Shown: positions 46,000 through 57,830 of the stretch, piece by piece | Position numbering within the stretch: the first letter of the stretch is position 1 | Layout of the letters: each line of letters begins with the position of its first letter | Position numbers and translations under genes: made by a program | Origin: the human T2T-CHM13v2.0 reference genome, Homo sapiens | Assembly: GCF_009914755.1 (NCBI RefSeq) | Contig: NC_060930.1 | Reading direction: 5' to 3' (one strand) | Length of the DNA: 64,000 nt | Notes under the pieces: model-generated | The model's input: the letters and a program-made list of their open reading frames with translations, nothing else | What the model was told of the DNA's origin: nothing | The model's database searches: none

Positions 46000-46830
46000 T
46001 GCTGGCTAGCTATGATGGAGCAATACGATTTAGATTTTGCCCTCCACTTGTCCTATGGACAAAATATATGAATCAACATTTGCAGATATTAGACAACAGT
46101 CATCATTTGACCATGTATGATCCCTTTGAGAAAGAAAGAAAACAAGGTGATTCTTACGTTCACAACAGATTTATACATAGAAGCACAGTTCTGAACATGA
46201 AGCAGGGAGAGGAATCCCAAAAACGAGACGGCAGTATCCTTGGGTAGAGGAGACAGAGATCGGACTGGAGGGTTCTGAGGAGGTAGACATTTCCAGAAGT
46301 TCCAGAAGAACTCTGGAGAACAGAATGTTACCCAATACCCACACTAAAAAATGCTGCCCAAAGAACTCTGAGTCTTTGCTTAATACTAACATGGGCATGT
46401 TCATGCAAAGAATGGCTGGACATCTGTAAACAACACTGTCCTACAACACACAGAAGGCTGGTAACTGTTCAAGTTCTCAACATACAGAAGACTGATAATG
46501 TTCAAGTCCTCACCTACCAGTGTTGAGTGGCTTTGATCCACTTGATTCAACAGAGACCCCAAAAAGGCATTCCTCAATAGCCGTATATGCTATCCCTATG
46601 TTGGCAGCTAATTTAGACATGCTCTAACAAAGATTGAAACAACGCTTGAAGGACTCAAACTAAACCATAAGTAATTTACCTGCCTACAAGAGTCAAGCCC
46701 AGAGCTCTTTAAAGGATGGGAGCAATTCAAACATTCAGCAAATTTAAATTCAAAATATTCAACAACATCAAAAAATACTAGACACATGCCAAGAAACAAA
46801 ATGCTGTGACATATTAAGAAAAAAAATTAC
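46000..46830 (+). mobile_element. Old L1M 5' region fragment
   Basis: GGACAAAATATATGAATCAACATTTGCAGATATTAGACAACAG; AAAAATACTAGACACATGCCAAGAAAC. Confidence 0.5.
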
Positions 46831-47138
46831 ATTTTCCATTTATATCTTTTGATATATTAGAGGAACCAGGAATTCATGCTGTGTACTTCAATGGCCACAA
46901 TCCTAGGCCATTTCTTTTTTGCTAAACTCTACTTCTACCTGGAGAATTATAAGTAGCATACATTTAAGCAGCCAATACAAACCAGTAAGTCATTTTCCTA
47001 GTATATCTCTCTTGACAAATGGAATTTTTTTTCCTAGGATTTCTAGAACTGTACCAATTTCACTCAAAGCTCCTTTAGATAATTTCAGTCAATATTGGCC
47101 TATTCTTCAAAAATGTTTGCCTTTAAGAAGGTATTGTT

Positions 47139-47427
<289 letters not shown>

Positions 47428-47509
47428 TTAAGCTCTCAGGGTGGTATTCTATGGGTGTAGCTACCCCCAAATATACGTTAGCTTGATTTTACCAAAGAGC
47501 TTCCATAAG

Positions 47510-47878
47510 TGCTCTTGGTAAATATCAGGGTTAACTCTTCCAGGTATGTGTGAGCCCGTCAAGCTACCAACTGGTTTTAAGCTGCCAACTATTCTTTACT
47601 TTGATGATTACCTTCTATCCACAAAATGATTGTTTATAGGTATCAGAAAACACATTTCTATGACAAGTCAGGTAAGTGGCAAATCTTTCCCATCCATTGT
47701 ACCTAGGAATATTTCTCAATAGATCATCACTAAGGTTAATAGTTACTTATTGGTTCCTGGCTGTGTTGTCGAGCTTTAAGTCCTTGGATAAAATTAAATT
47801 TCCAAAAAAAGAAAGTACTCAAATATATAATACTAAATCTATGAATAACGTAAATTTTCCTATTTTTACAACTATTTA
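47510..47878 (+). repeat. ~370-bp local duplication copy A (partner 48640-49008)
   Basis: Collinear match, e.g. ACAAGTCAGGTAAGTGGCAAATC and GAGCTTTAAGTCCTTGGATAAAAT in both copies. Confidence 0.95.
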
Positions 47879-47934
47879 AAGCGATTTTAAAAATTAATGT
47901 GGATTTTAGATTGTGAAGAATATAGTGCTAAAGA

Positions 47935-48130
47935 CATAGGCACTCTGTTATTGGCACTGCTCAGCTCTCACCTGGAGCACTCTGTCTGATCTGAGTGCCA
48001 AGTTTTATAAGGAACACTGCCTAACCGGAATGTATTCAGAGGAGGCTGACCAGGATGGAGAAAATTTCAGACACTGTATTATATCAGAAATGTTTGACTT
48101 GAGATCAACAAAGCAAGAGCATTTTGATGG
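47935..48130 (+). mobile_element. L3/CR1 LINE fragment
   Basis: CACCTGGAGCACTCTGTC...TTCAGAGGAGGCTGACCAGGATGG resembles CR1/L3 RT 3' consensus. Confidence 0.7.
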
Positions 48131-48443
48131 CGCCATCCTTTATGAGAATAGGCCATCCCCACATCGGAGGTGCCAAAGCGAGGAATGCTCGTGGAGGAGA
48201 CTATGCCCAGGGTGTGGGGACCTTGTTTGGTATGCCTGTCACATTTCCCACCTAGAATAATTAGGCACATTTTACATGCACACTGATCATCTTCGGATTA
48301 ATGAAGGAAGGAAAAAAGGAAGGATAAAGAAAGTTTCTTTGAAAGCTAAGTTTCTGTGACTCCAAAAATTTTTTGTGTTTTTAAAATTTCTAATCATTTT
48401 ACGGAATCCCTCGAAAATCAGGATCAAAACAAGGTTCAATACA

Positions 48444-48502
48444 GTATTAGAATTAGAATTCTCCAGAGAAAAAGAATCAATAGTATAGATAGGTAGATAA
48501 AG

Positions 48503-48564
<62 letters not shown>

Positions 48565-48636
48565 CACACACATAAAGAGATTTATTATAAGGAATTGACT
48601 CACCCAATTATGGAGGTTGGCAAGCACAAAATGTAC
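48444..48636 (-). mobile_element. MLT2 (ERVL) LTR 3' part
   Basis: TTCTCCAGAGAAAAAGAATCAATAG...GAGATTTATTATAAGGAATTGACTCAC...GGCAAG. Confidence 0.8.
48505..48564. repeat. (GATA)15 tetranucleotide STR
   Basis: Perfect run within the MLT2 LTR. Confidence 0.97.
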
Positions 48637-48639
48637 AAC

Positions 48640-49008
48640 TGCTCTTGCCAAATATCAAGGTTAACCCTTGTAGGTATATCTGAGCCCATCAAGCTACCAC
48701 TTGGTTTCAAGCTGCCAAGTATTCTTTACTTTGATTATTACCTTCTAGCCATAAAATGATTGTTTGTAAGTATCAGAAAACATTTCTACAACAAGTCAGG
48801 TAAGTGGCAAATCCTTCCTGTTCATTGTACCCAGGAATATTTCTCAGTAGATCATAACTAATGTTAATAGTTACTCATTGGTCCTCGGCTACGTTGTTGA
48901 GCTTTAAGTCCTTGGATAAAATCAAAATTTCCAAAAAGAGTAATTACTTTAATATATAATGATAAATCTATAAATAACTATAAATTTCCTTCTTTGGGCA
49001 ATTATTTA
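48640..49008 (+). repeat. ~370-bp local duplication copy B
   Basis: Collinear with 47510-47878. Confidence 0.95.
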
Positions 49009-49009
49009 T

Positions 49010-49107
49010 AAGGCTGGTATCCCCGAATAAGGCGGCATTCTCCAGCTGACTGCCTTCAGACTGGAACTGCACCCCTAGCTGTCCTGGGTCTTCAGCCTGA
49101 AGGCTGC
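49010..49107 (+). mobile_element. MLT2 LTR internal piece, opposite orientation to 48444-48636
   Basis: ATTCTCCAGCTGACTGCCTTCAGACTGGAACTGCA...CCTGGGTCTTCAGCCTG. Confidence 0.7.
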
Positions 49108-50009
49108 TTCTAACTCAACTTCTCTCCCTCTTCATGGGCCCCCTCCTCCTGCTCTGTCTTGCTCAACTTCCCTCCTTTTTCTTCCCCTGATTATTCTTCT
49201 CTTGCTTTTGGGTAGGATTAACTGCTGTTCTTAAATTTCTGAAGAAATCTAACATATTGAAAAACAATTGTACTCTAGCTCATTTCAAATGAGATAGGAA
49301 GTTGTCATAAAACTAGAATTCCTATATTTTGGGGGTATTTTTTATTTTAGTTTATTTATTGTGACGTTTGCGTGAGTCAAATGAAGCAAAAAACGTTTAC
49401 AAGTTAGTATATGCAAAGATATCTGAAACTTAAATGGGAATGAAGACATGAGCCCTATTCATATCAACCACAGGAGTTTAGCTTTTATATTTTTATATTA
49501 GAAATATTTTTAATATTGGTATTATTTATACCATGTAGACATTCACCATCATTTTTCTAATTATAGTTCTCAATTATATTGATTCATGTTATTATACTTA
49601 ATAACTGCATAATATTTCACTTGGATTATTAAATACTGATCCTACAAAAAGACTACCAGAAAAAAAATTGACTAAAGTTTTGATTAAAATTTCAGTTTAA
49701 TCCAAACAATCATTCAAGTAACCATATAAATAAAGCTTAATTGTTAGATGGTTAATGAAAATGTATTCCTCGTCTTCCTCTGCAAAATAAATATAAATCA
49801 AAATTTATTATGAGAAACTTGAGGAAGATGACAATTTATTATTACCAAAAGAAAAATGTAATGAAAAATTTAAAATATTATTTCCAAGACAAGAATCCTG
49901 AAGAACATTTGGCTGAAATATAAATTTCTATTAAGGACAAGAGTAAGCAGACCTCATCCAATGTTGTTTAATATTGTTTGCCTTTCATGGAATCATTACA
50001 AATAATGGC

Positions 50010-50228
50010 TCTGGTTGCCAGTCAAATTATAGGACACCCAGTTAAATTTGAATTTCAGACAAATAATGAATGATTCTGTAGTCTATATTTAGTATTAGTA
50101 TTCTTCATTTAAATGTATCGCAAATCCTGCTTGAGACACACTTATACTAAACAATCATTTGTTGTTCATCTGAAATTCAAATTTAACTAGGTGTCTTCTA
50201 TTTTTATTTGCTAAATATGGTGACCCTA
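50010..50228 (+). mobile_element. MER53 (hAT) palindromic MITE
   Basis: GGTTGCCAG...AGGACACCCAGTTAAATTTGAATTTCAGA / TCTGAAATTCAAATTTAACTAGGTGTC...ACCCTA; 8-bp TSD ATAATGGC/ATGATGGC. Confidence 0.9.
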
Positions 50229-50545
50229 ATGATGGCACCACTTAACAATTCCCTACAATCTAGAATCTGTTATTCTCACTGATTTGTACAGCACTTCATG
50301 CCCAATCCAGCTTCAACTGCACTTTTGATAATCTTGGTGTTCTCAGACACTTAATTTCCAAATATTTCTCACCTTTACTACCAAGTCCAACAAAAAATGG
50401 TTTATGAGCGGCAAGTGTGGGCAGGAGAGTGGAATGTACTAAAGAAAGATAAATGTTAAGGGAAAATTAAAATCCATCATGCCTTTCTCTGTCACAAGCA
50501 ATTAGCAAATCGTGTCCTAAAACTGGCCACTAAACTCTGCTTTCT

Positions 50546-50905
50546 GGCTAATATAATCTGAATGTTTGTGTCTCCCTGTAATTCGGGTGTTGAAACCCCA
50601 TCAACAATGGATGCTGTTAGGAAGTGGGGGTCTTTGGGAGGTGATCGGGTCATGAGGGTGGAGCGCTCATCAATGCCATTAGTGCCCTTATAAAAGAGGA
50701 CCCACAGGGCTGCTTTTCCCCTACCCTGTGGGGGGATACAATGAAAATACTGTGGCCAATGAACCAGGAGGCAGGGCTTCAGTAGAAACTGCATCTGCTG
50801 ATGGCCACATCTGTAACTTCCAGCCTCCAAAACTGTAAGGAATAAATTTCTGTTGTTTCTAACCCACCCGGTCAATGGTAATTTGTTGCAGCAGCCTGAA
50901 AGGTT
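50546..50905 (+). mobile_element. MLT1A-type MaLR LTR
   Basis: CTGAATGTTTGTGTCTCCC, ATTAGTGCCCTTATAAAAGAGG, CTTCCAGCCTCCAAAACTGTAAGGAATAAATTTCTG. Confidence 0.8.
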
Positions 50906-52548
50906 GACGAGGTTGGCATAGAAAGAGAAAAAATGTAAGACGAATCTGTAAAAAGATGCCAGAAAAAAGCAAGAACAAAAGGAGTCAGAAGCAGTTAATT
51001 AACTCATCAATTGCAAACAAAATTGAAAGAAAGATGCTGATGAGGAAATGGGGTGAGAGAATTTCAGACATCAAAAAATCCTCCTAAATATAAGCTATCT
51101 AGATGAACCACATAATGGTCTATGGCATAATCACCACTACAAGAGAAATTTGCCAAAATCGTTTTCCAGCCAGATGTGTCAGTCATGGTGCTCTGTGCTC
51201 TGAGTAATAATTTTCTGGGCAATTAACACGAAACTGTTCAAAAATGCTCTGACTTTCCAGGTTCCCTCAGCATTCAGTGTTGTAGTATCAGGAGTGAAGG
51301 TGTCAAACATTGTAATGTGAGTTGGAAAGGAATGGAAATAAATTTATACAACAAAAAAAGACATCTAAGAATAAGGATATAAGTAGGGTGTGTTTTGTAC
51401 AAGATTACATAATGCAATTTGAATTGTTCCTCATTTTTATGTTTAATTATAGTTTTTATTGCCCTCATAAGGAATTCAGCTGGTAAAATAACAGCTGAGA
51501 AGAATTACAGTTCTCTAAAAACTTTCAACCAATCCAATATAATGTATCTACGTGATCGTAGAGAAAGAACATGACTGTTGGATTTCACTTTACACCGTCT
51601 TGCTCTGTGGAAGAATTTTGCTTAGGCTAAATGGGAAACTTTGTAGAAGTGAGCAGGAAGGCGAGATGAAATCAGAAAAGAACCATTTTCCTCTGCAACC
51701 GCCTGAGGCTACTCACTTACATCTGTAAAATATGCATCAGCTGTTAATGGAAATGTAGTGTCCTCGTGAAGGAAAATCAGAATTCAAGTGTGTGAAAAGC
51801 TGTCAGCTGCATAGCCCAAGAGCCCTATAATATTAACCTCTATGCAAGTTTAAATTGTGCCTCTGGAAGTGAGATTACGGAATAAATGTCCCACCGCATA
51901 AGAATCAGAGAAGCATTGAGAGTTTCTATGCATTCAGAACACTGCTCAAACAGGTCAATATATATGGAACTGAAAATTTTAGTCTTGCAAAAATCTGAAG
52001 TGCCATATAATGTTTAGGGTATTCCAAATTTAGGAATATATGCTATATGTGACCAGATTTCAAATAAAATCTAACATAAGTTTTACAATCAAGCTGGATG
52101 AAAATAAAGAGAAACACAGAGGAGATATTTGTGCATGCTATCTTTAGTATATTTTTCTGGTCAAATAACCTGTGCTTATTTAAAAAGGGTAAATAAAAAC
52201 TACCATTAGTAAGCAACTTTTTATAAAATATTTCTATTTGTAGAATTCTAATGACATTGTCCTGGAGGAAAGAGAGACTAGAAAATCTCTCACTAAAAGT
52301 AGATGGAAAAATTATGTTCCCTATTCCCTGGAGAAAAGTTCCCACTACCCATTTAAGATGAAACATGAAATTTTATTCATGGAAACCTTCCCATTCTCAG
52401 GGCTCTTAAATTAAACTTTAAACTCTATGAACTTCTGATGAAGTCATATTCAAATATTCAAGTATAAAATTATGCATGCCTATGAACTATATAAGTAAAT
52501 ATATGACTTAAAATCAAAGTCAATTTTACTAAGTAAAATAAATCAGAA

Positions 52549-52841
52549 TGTCACCGGAATATTGCCTTCACTAGCAGCTCTGTTGTACACCATCACTCGG
52601 ATGGTGTCTGTTCACCCTGGCCTGTCTTCAGTGACAGTCCTGTTAGTTGCGTGTAACCAAAGTCCCCTTGCCCCTGATGTTTCCCCAGCATTTTCCATCC
52701 ACAGACCCCCTACCCTGCTCTGTGGCTATAAATTCCCCTTGCTGAGATGTATTCAGAGTTGAGCCCAATGTCCTTCTAACTGAAAGCCCCCACTGCAGTG
52801 GTCCAGGACCTATCATGATGACCCTGAATAAAGCCAGCCTC
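52549..52841 (+). mobile_element. ERV1 LTR (MER31/MER67-like) fragment
   Basis: CCCCTGATGTTTCC...TTTTCCATCCAC...GGCTATAAATTCCC...GAGTTGAGCCCAAT...CCTGAATAAAG. Confidence 0.65.
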
Positions 52842-53108
52842 AGCCAGGCATGGTGGCTCATGCCTGTAATTCCAGCACTTTGGGAGGCTGAGGTGGGCAG
52901 ATCACGAGGTCAGGAGACCGAGACCATCCTGGCTAACACAGTGAAACCCTGTCTCTACTAAAAATACAAAAACATTAGCTGGGCATGGTGGCATGCGCCT
53001 GTAATCCCAGCTACTCGGGAGGCTGAGGCAGGAGAATGGCGTGAACCCTGGAGGCGGAGCTGAAGTGCCACTGCACTCCAGCCTGGGCGACAGAGCAAGA
53101 CTCTGTCC

Positions 53109-53147
<39 letters not shown>
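52842..53147 (+). mobile_element. AluY-type with right-arm deletion and 38-nt poly(A)
   Basis: GAGACCATCCTGGCTAACACAGTG, GAATGGCGTGAACC; TSD AAAGCCAG(C/T)CTC. Confidence 0.9.
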
Positions 53148-53148
<1 letters not shown>

Positions 53149-53168
53149 CCAGTCTCAGCCTCACCATG

Positions 53169-53575
53169 TGTGTTAGTCCATTTGCATTTCTATAAAAGGC
53201 TACCTGAGACTGGGTAATTTATAAAGAAGAGAGGTTTATTTGGCTCACAGGTCTGCAGGCTGTACAGGAAGCATGGTATTGGCATCTGCTTCTGGTGAGG
53301 CCTCAGGAAACTTCCAGTCATGGTGGAAGGTGATGGGGAGGCAGCGTGTCACATGGCAAGAGAGGGAGCAAGGGGCAGGGGCAGGCTCCTTTAAACAACC
53401 AGCTCCCGTGTGAACTCAGAGCAGTGAGAACTCACTTGTTTCTGTGAGGAGGGCACCAACCCATTTATGAGGGATTCACCCCCAGGATCCAAACACCTCC
53501 TATCAGGCCCACTTCCAACCCTGGGGATCACATTCCAACATGTGATTGGAGGAGACACACATCCAAACCATAACA
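53169..53575 (-). mobile_element. MSTB/MSTA-type MaLR solo LTR
   Basis: TGTGTTAGTCCATTTGCAT...CTGCAGGCTGTACAGGAAGCATGG...CATCCAAACCATAACA. Confidence 0.88.
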
Positions 53576-53617
53576 GGATGCTTTACAAGCAGCGTGGAAT
53601 AATTTTTCTTTAACTTC

Positions 53618-53983
53618 TGATATAGTTTGGCTTTGTCTCCCCACCCAAATCTCATCTTGAGCTGTCATCCCCACATGTTGAGGGATGGACCTGGTGGGAG
53701 GTGACTGGATCCTGGGGTGGTTTTCCTCATGCTGTTCTCCTGATAGTAAGTGAGTTCTCATGAGATCTGATGGTTTAAAAGCGGCAGTTTCCCCTGTGCT
53801 CTCTCTCTCTCTCTCCTGCCACCATGTAAGACATGCCTTGTTTCCCCTTAGCTTTCTGCCATGATTGTTAGTTTCCTGAGGCCTCCCTAGCCATGTGGAA
53901 TTGTGAGTCAATTAAACCTCTTTCCTTTATAAATTACCCAGTCTCTGGTATTCTTTACAGCAGTGTGAAAATGAGCTAATATA
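53618..53983 (+). mobile_element. THE1D/MSTA-type solo LTR
   Basis: TGATATAGTTTGGCT...CTAATATA; TSD ACTTC/ACTCC. Confidence 0.9.
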
Positions 53984-54759
53984 ACTCCATTAGGTGAAGG
54001 GGTGGACATTGGTTTCGTCTTTCAGAAACGTCTCTGAGGAGAGTCTGAAGGTGTTCAGCACTGAGGGAGTGGGGCTGAGTGTGGGCTGAAGTCAGGAGGA
54101 GGAGAAGGTCTTCTTGAGGTGCTGCACTCTGGCACCCCTCTCCCACACACCACCACCAGCCTCTAATCCAGAAGCCTGGAGGCTTATTTTGTGGAAAAAC
54201 TTGACCTGGAGGCACAGAGATTTGAGCAACCAGCCATAGCAGCAGCCTGGGTGACGTGAGAGGTTCAAAACAGGGAGATTAAATTCTATAACTGAACCAC
54301 AGAGACTTCAAAACCTTTCCCTGACCAACTCTTAAAGTGCCGGCCACTGGTTTATATCACTCCAGACAGGATATGGGAGGAGTCCCCTCCAGAGAGACCC
54401 AATAGTCACAGGAAAAAAAAAAAAACCCTTTCCAAGCCCTGCCCAGCCCAAGAAACAGCTGTTTTGCCAGCCAATTGCTCTGAAGATGAGCCCTGCCCTC
54501 GGCTGCCCTGCCCAGCACACAAAGCTATGAATAGGCTTTTTAGGGGTGTACTCTGAAATATGAACAGAGAAAGACACCAAAAGCAAACAAACAAAAACAA
54601 AAGCCAGCGGAATTTTTAAGCACCAGAAAATGCATTACTTCATTCCTTGAGAGATGAGAGTGTACCAGTCATCAATTGACACCACAATGCTGCACTGCCA
54701 AGATGTCAGTGCATGTTTTCTGGCAATCAACAAATCATGGCGCAATGAGCCATACCAGA

Positions 54760-55150
54760 GCTGCTGTGGAAATGTCTAAGAGGACTACAAGAGAGGGGAG
54801 GCCAGCAAAGGGATGGAGGAAGTGGATTGGAGAAGAAGAGCCTGAAACGGGGGAGTCCAAGAGCAGGATGAAGGGGGTCCCTGAACAGCAATGATCATTA
54901 GAGGAATCCCATATGAGGTGGAAATGTTCTGGTCTTAGTGTCTTCACTCCATATGGGGAGAGAATATTCCAGCACCCTCACAGTGCCCATTCTTTGGTCT
55001 GGGGAAGCTGGGGGGAGTCAGTTGCGGGGAGGATGCTGCAACAGATACCCACAGTAGTGACAGCAAATGCTGGCAGCTCACTATACTTCTCTCAGTGAGT
55101 CCCTGCTTGCAAGGAGATCTCAGCAACGCACCTCTGTGACCAGCACACAA
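54760..55150 (-). mobile_element. ERVL LTR16-like fragment
   Basis: GGAGATCTCAGCAACGCACCTCTGTGACCAGCACACA terminus resembles LTR16. Confidence 0.45.
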
Positions 55151-55267
55151 CCACCAGACCTATGTGCTTGTTCTGCTATGTGCTAAGGACATCACAACAA
55201 ACATTCATTTCTGCTCATGAGGCTGGGGTCTGATTGCATTACACTGAATGTGCCCTGGCTCAGCATG

Positions 55268-57541
55268 TGATAAGGTTTTGTTGTGTCCCCACCCAAATCT
55301 TGTCTTGAATTCCCATGTGTTGGGGAGGGGTCTGGTGGGAGATAAATTGAATCATAGTGGGAGGTCTTTCCTATGCTGTTCTTGTGCTAGTAAGTCTCAT
55401 GAGATCTGATGGTTATTATAAGGCATTTTCCTGCACAAATTCTCTTTTTGCCTGCTGCCATCCATGTAAGACGTGACTTGCTCTTCCTTGTCTTCCACCA
55501 TGATTGTGGGGCCTCCCCAGCCATTTAGAAATGTGAGCCCAATTAAACCTCTTTCTTTTATAAATTGCCCAGTCTTGGGTATATCTTTATCAGCAGTGTG
55601 AGAATGAACTAATACAGTAAATTGGTACCAGTAGAGTGGGGTGTTGCTGAAAAGATACCCAAAAATGTGGAAGCAACTTCGGAACTGGTTAACAGGCAGA
55701 GGTTGGAACAGTTTGGAGGGCTCAGAAGAAGACAAGAAAAGTGGGAAAGTTTGGAACTTCCAAGAGACTTGTTGAATGGCTTCAACAAAAATATTGATAG
55801 TGATATGAACAATAATGCCAAGGCTGAAGTGGTCTCAGATAGAGATGAAGAGCTTGTTGGAAACTGGACAAAGATGACTCTTGTTATGTTTAGCAAAGAG
55901 AATGGCGGCATTTTGCCCCAGCCCTAGAGATTTGGGGAACTTTGAACTTGAGAAAGATGATTTAGGGTATCTGGCAGAAGAAATCTCTAAGCAGCAAAGC
56001 ATTCCAGAGGTGATTGGGTGCTGTTAAAAGCATTCAGTTTTATAGGGGAAGCGGAGCATAAAAGTTCGGAAAATTTGCAGCCTGACAACACAATAGAAAA
56101 GAAAATCCCATTTTCAGAGGAGAAATTCAAGCCAGCTACAGAAATTTGCATAAGTAACAAGGAGCTGAATATTAACCCCCAAGACAATGGGAAAAATGTC
56201 TCTAGGCCATGTCAGAGGTCTTCACAGCAGCCCCTCCCATCACAGGCCTGGAGTCCTAGGGGCAAAAAGTGCTTTCATGGGGTGGGCCCTGGGTCCTTGT
56301 GCTGTGTGCAGCCTACGGACTTGGTGTCCTGCATCCCAGCTGCTCCAGCTATGAAAGGGGCCAACACAGAGCTCGGGCCATGGCTTCAGAGGGTGCAAGC
56401 CCCAAGCCTTGGCAGCTTCCATTTGGTATTGAGCCTGTGAGCATACAGAAGTCAAGAATTGAGGTTTGGGAACCTCCACCTAGATTTCAGAAAATGTATG
56501 CAAATGCCTGGATGTCCAGGCAGAAATTTGCTGCAGGGGTTGGGGGGTCATGGAGAACCTCTACTAGGGCAGTGCAGAAGGGAAATGTGAAGTCAGAGCT
56601 TCCACACAGAGTCCCTACTGGGGCACTGCCTAGTAGAGCTGTGAGAAGAGGGCCACCATCCTCCAGACCCCAGAATGGTAGATCCACTGACAGCCTGCAA
56701 TATGCTCCTGGAAAAGCTGCAGACACTCAACGCCAGCCTGTGAAAGCAGTCAGGAGGGGAGCTCTACCCTGCAAAGCCACAGGGGTGGAGCTGCCCAAGA
56801 CCACAGGAACTCACCACCCCTTGCATCAGTGTGACCCGGACGCAAGACATGGAGTCAAAGGAGACCATTTTGGAGCTTTAAGATTTGACTGCCCTGGTGG
56901 ATTTTAGACTTGCATGGGACCTGTAGCCCCTTTTGGCCAGTGTCTCCTATTCAGAATGGCTGTAATTATCCATTTCCTGTGCCTCCATTGTTATCTAGGT
57001 AGTAACTAATTTGCTTTTGATTTTAATGGCTCATAGGCAGAGGGACTTGCCTTCTCTCAGATGAGACTTTGGACTCTGGACTTTTGAGTTAACGCTGAAA
57101 TGAGTTAAGACTGGGGGGCTGTTGGGAAGGTATGATTGGTTTTGAAATGTGAGGACATGAGATTTGGGTGGCGCCAGGGGCAGAATGATATGGTTTGGCT
57201 GTGTCCCTACCCAAATCTCATCTTGAATTCCCACGTGTTGTGAGAGGGACCTGGTGGGAGGTAAATGAATCATGAGGGCAGGTCTTTCCTGTGCTGTTCT
57301 CGTGATAGTGAGTAAGTCTCACAAGATCTGATGGTTATTATAAGGGGAAGTTTTTTGGCACAAGTTCTCTTTCTGCCTGCTGCCACCCATGTAAGATATG
57401 CCTTGCTCCTCCTTGCCTTCTGCCATGATTGCGAGGTTTCTCCAGCCACGTTGAACTGTAAATCCAATTAAACCTCTTTCTTTTGTAAACTGCCCAGTCT
57501 CAGGTATATCTTTATCAGCAGCATGAAAACGGACTAATATA
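55268..57541 (+). mobile_element. Full-length THE1 (THE1A/B-type): 5' LTR 55268-55616, internal 55617-57185, 3' LTR 57186-57541
   Basis: Two direct LTRs, THE1-int start GTAAATTGGTACCAGTAGAGTGGGG, PPT-like GGCGCCAGGGGCAGAA before the 3' LTR, TSD GCATG/GCAGG. Confidence 0.95.
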
Positions 57542-57544
57542 GCA

Positions 57545-57830
57545 GGGCTGCTTCAGCTTTTGCCATCAACTGCGTGCTGGCTGGGCCACTTTGCTCATCT
57601 TGGCTGGACTTTCTCATTTGTGACACATTCTCCAGAAAGTTCACGTGTGTATGTTCTCAAGATGAAAGCAGAGGAGTGAGAGGGGAGGCAGAATACACAA
57701 ACACACACCCATGCCTCTGCTGGCATTGGGTTTTCTACTATCCCCCAAGTCAAAGCAAATCCACAGCTACCCTAAGAGTCTGAGAGGAAGGGAACAGCAA
57801 AGTCACTGGGCCAAAAGCATGGACCCAGAG
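57545..57830 (-). mobile_element. Old MLT1 (H/I-type) LTR fragment, apparent host of the THE1 insertion
   Basis: CAAAGCAAATCCACAGC...GCAAAGTCAC...AAAAGCATGGA. Confidence 0.45.

Noticed and set aside
56018-56907. 140-aa and 212-aa ORFs
   Set aside because: Lie within THE1 internal sequence; fragmented MaLR ORF remnants.
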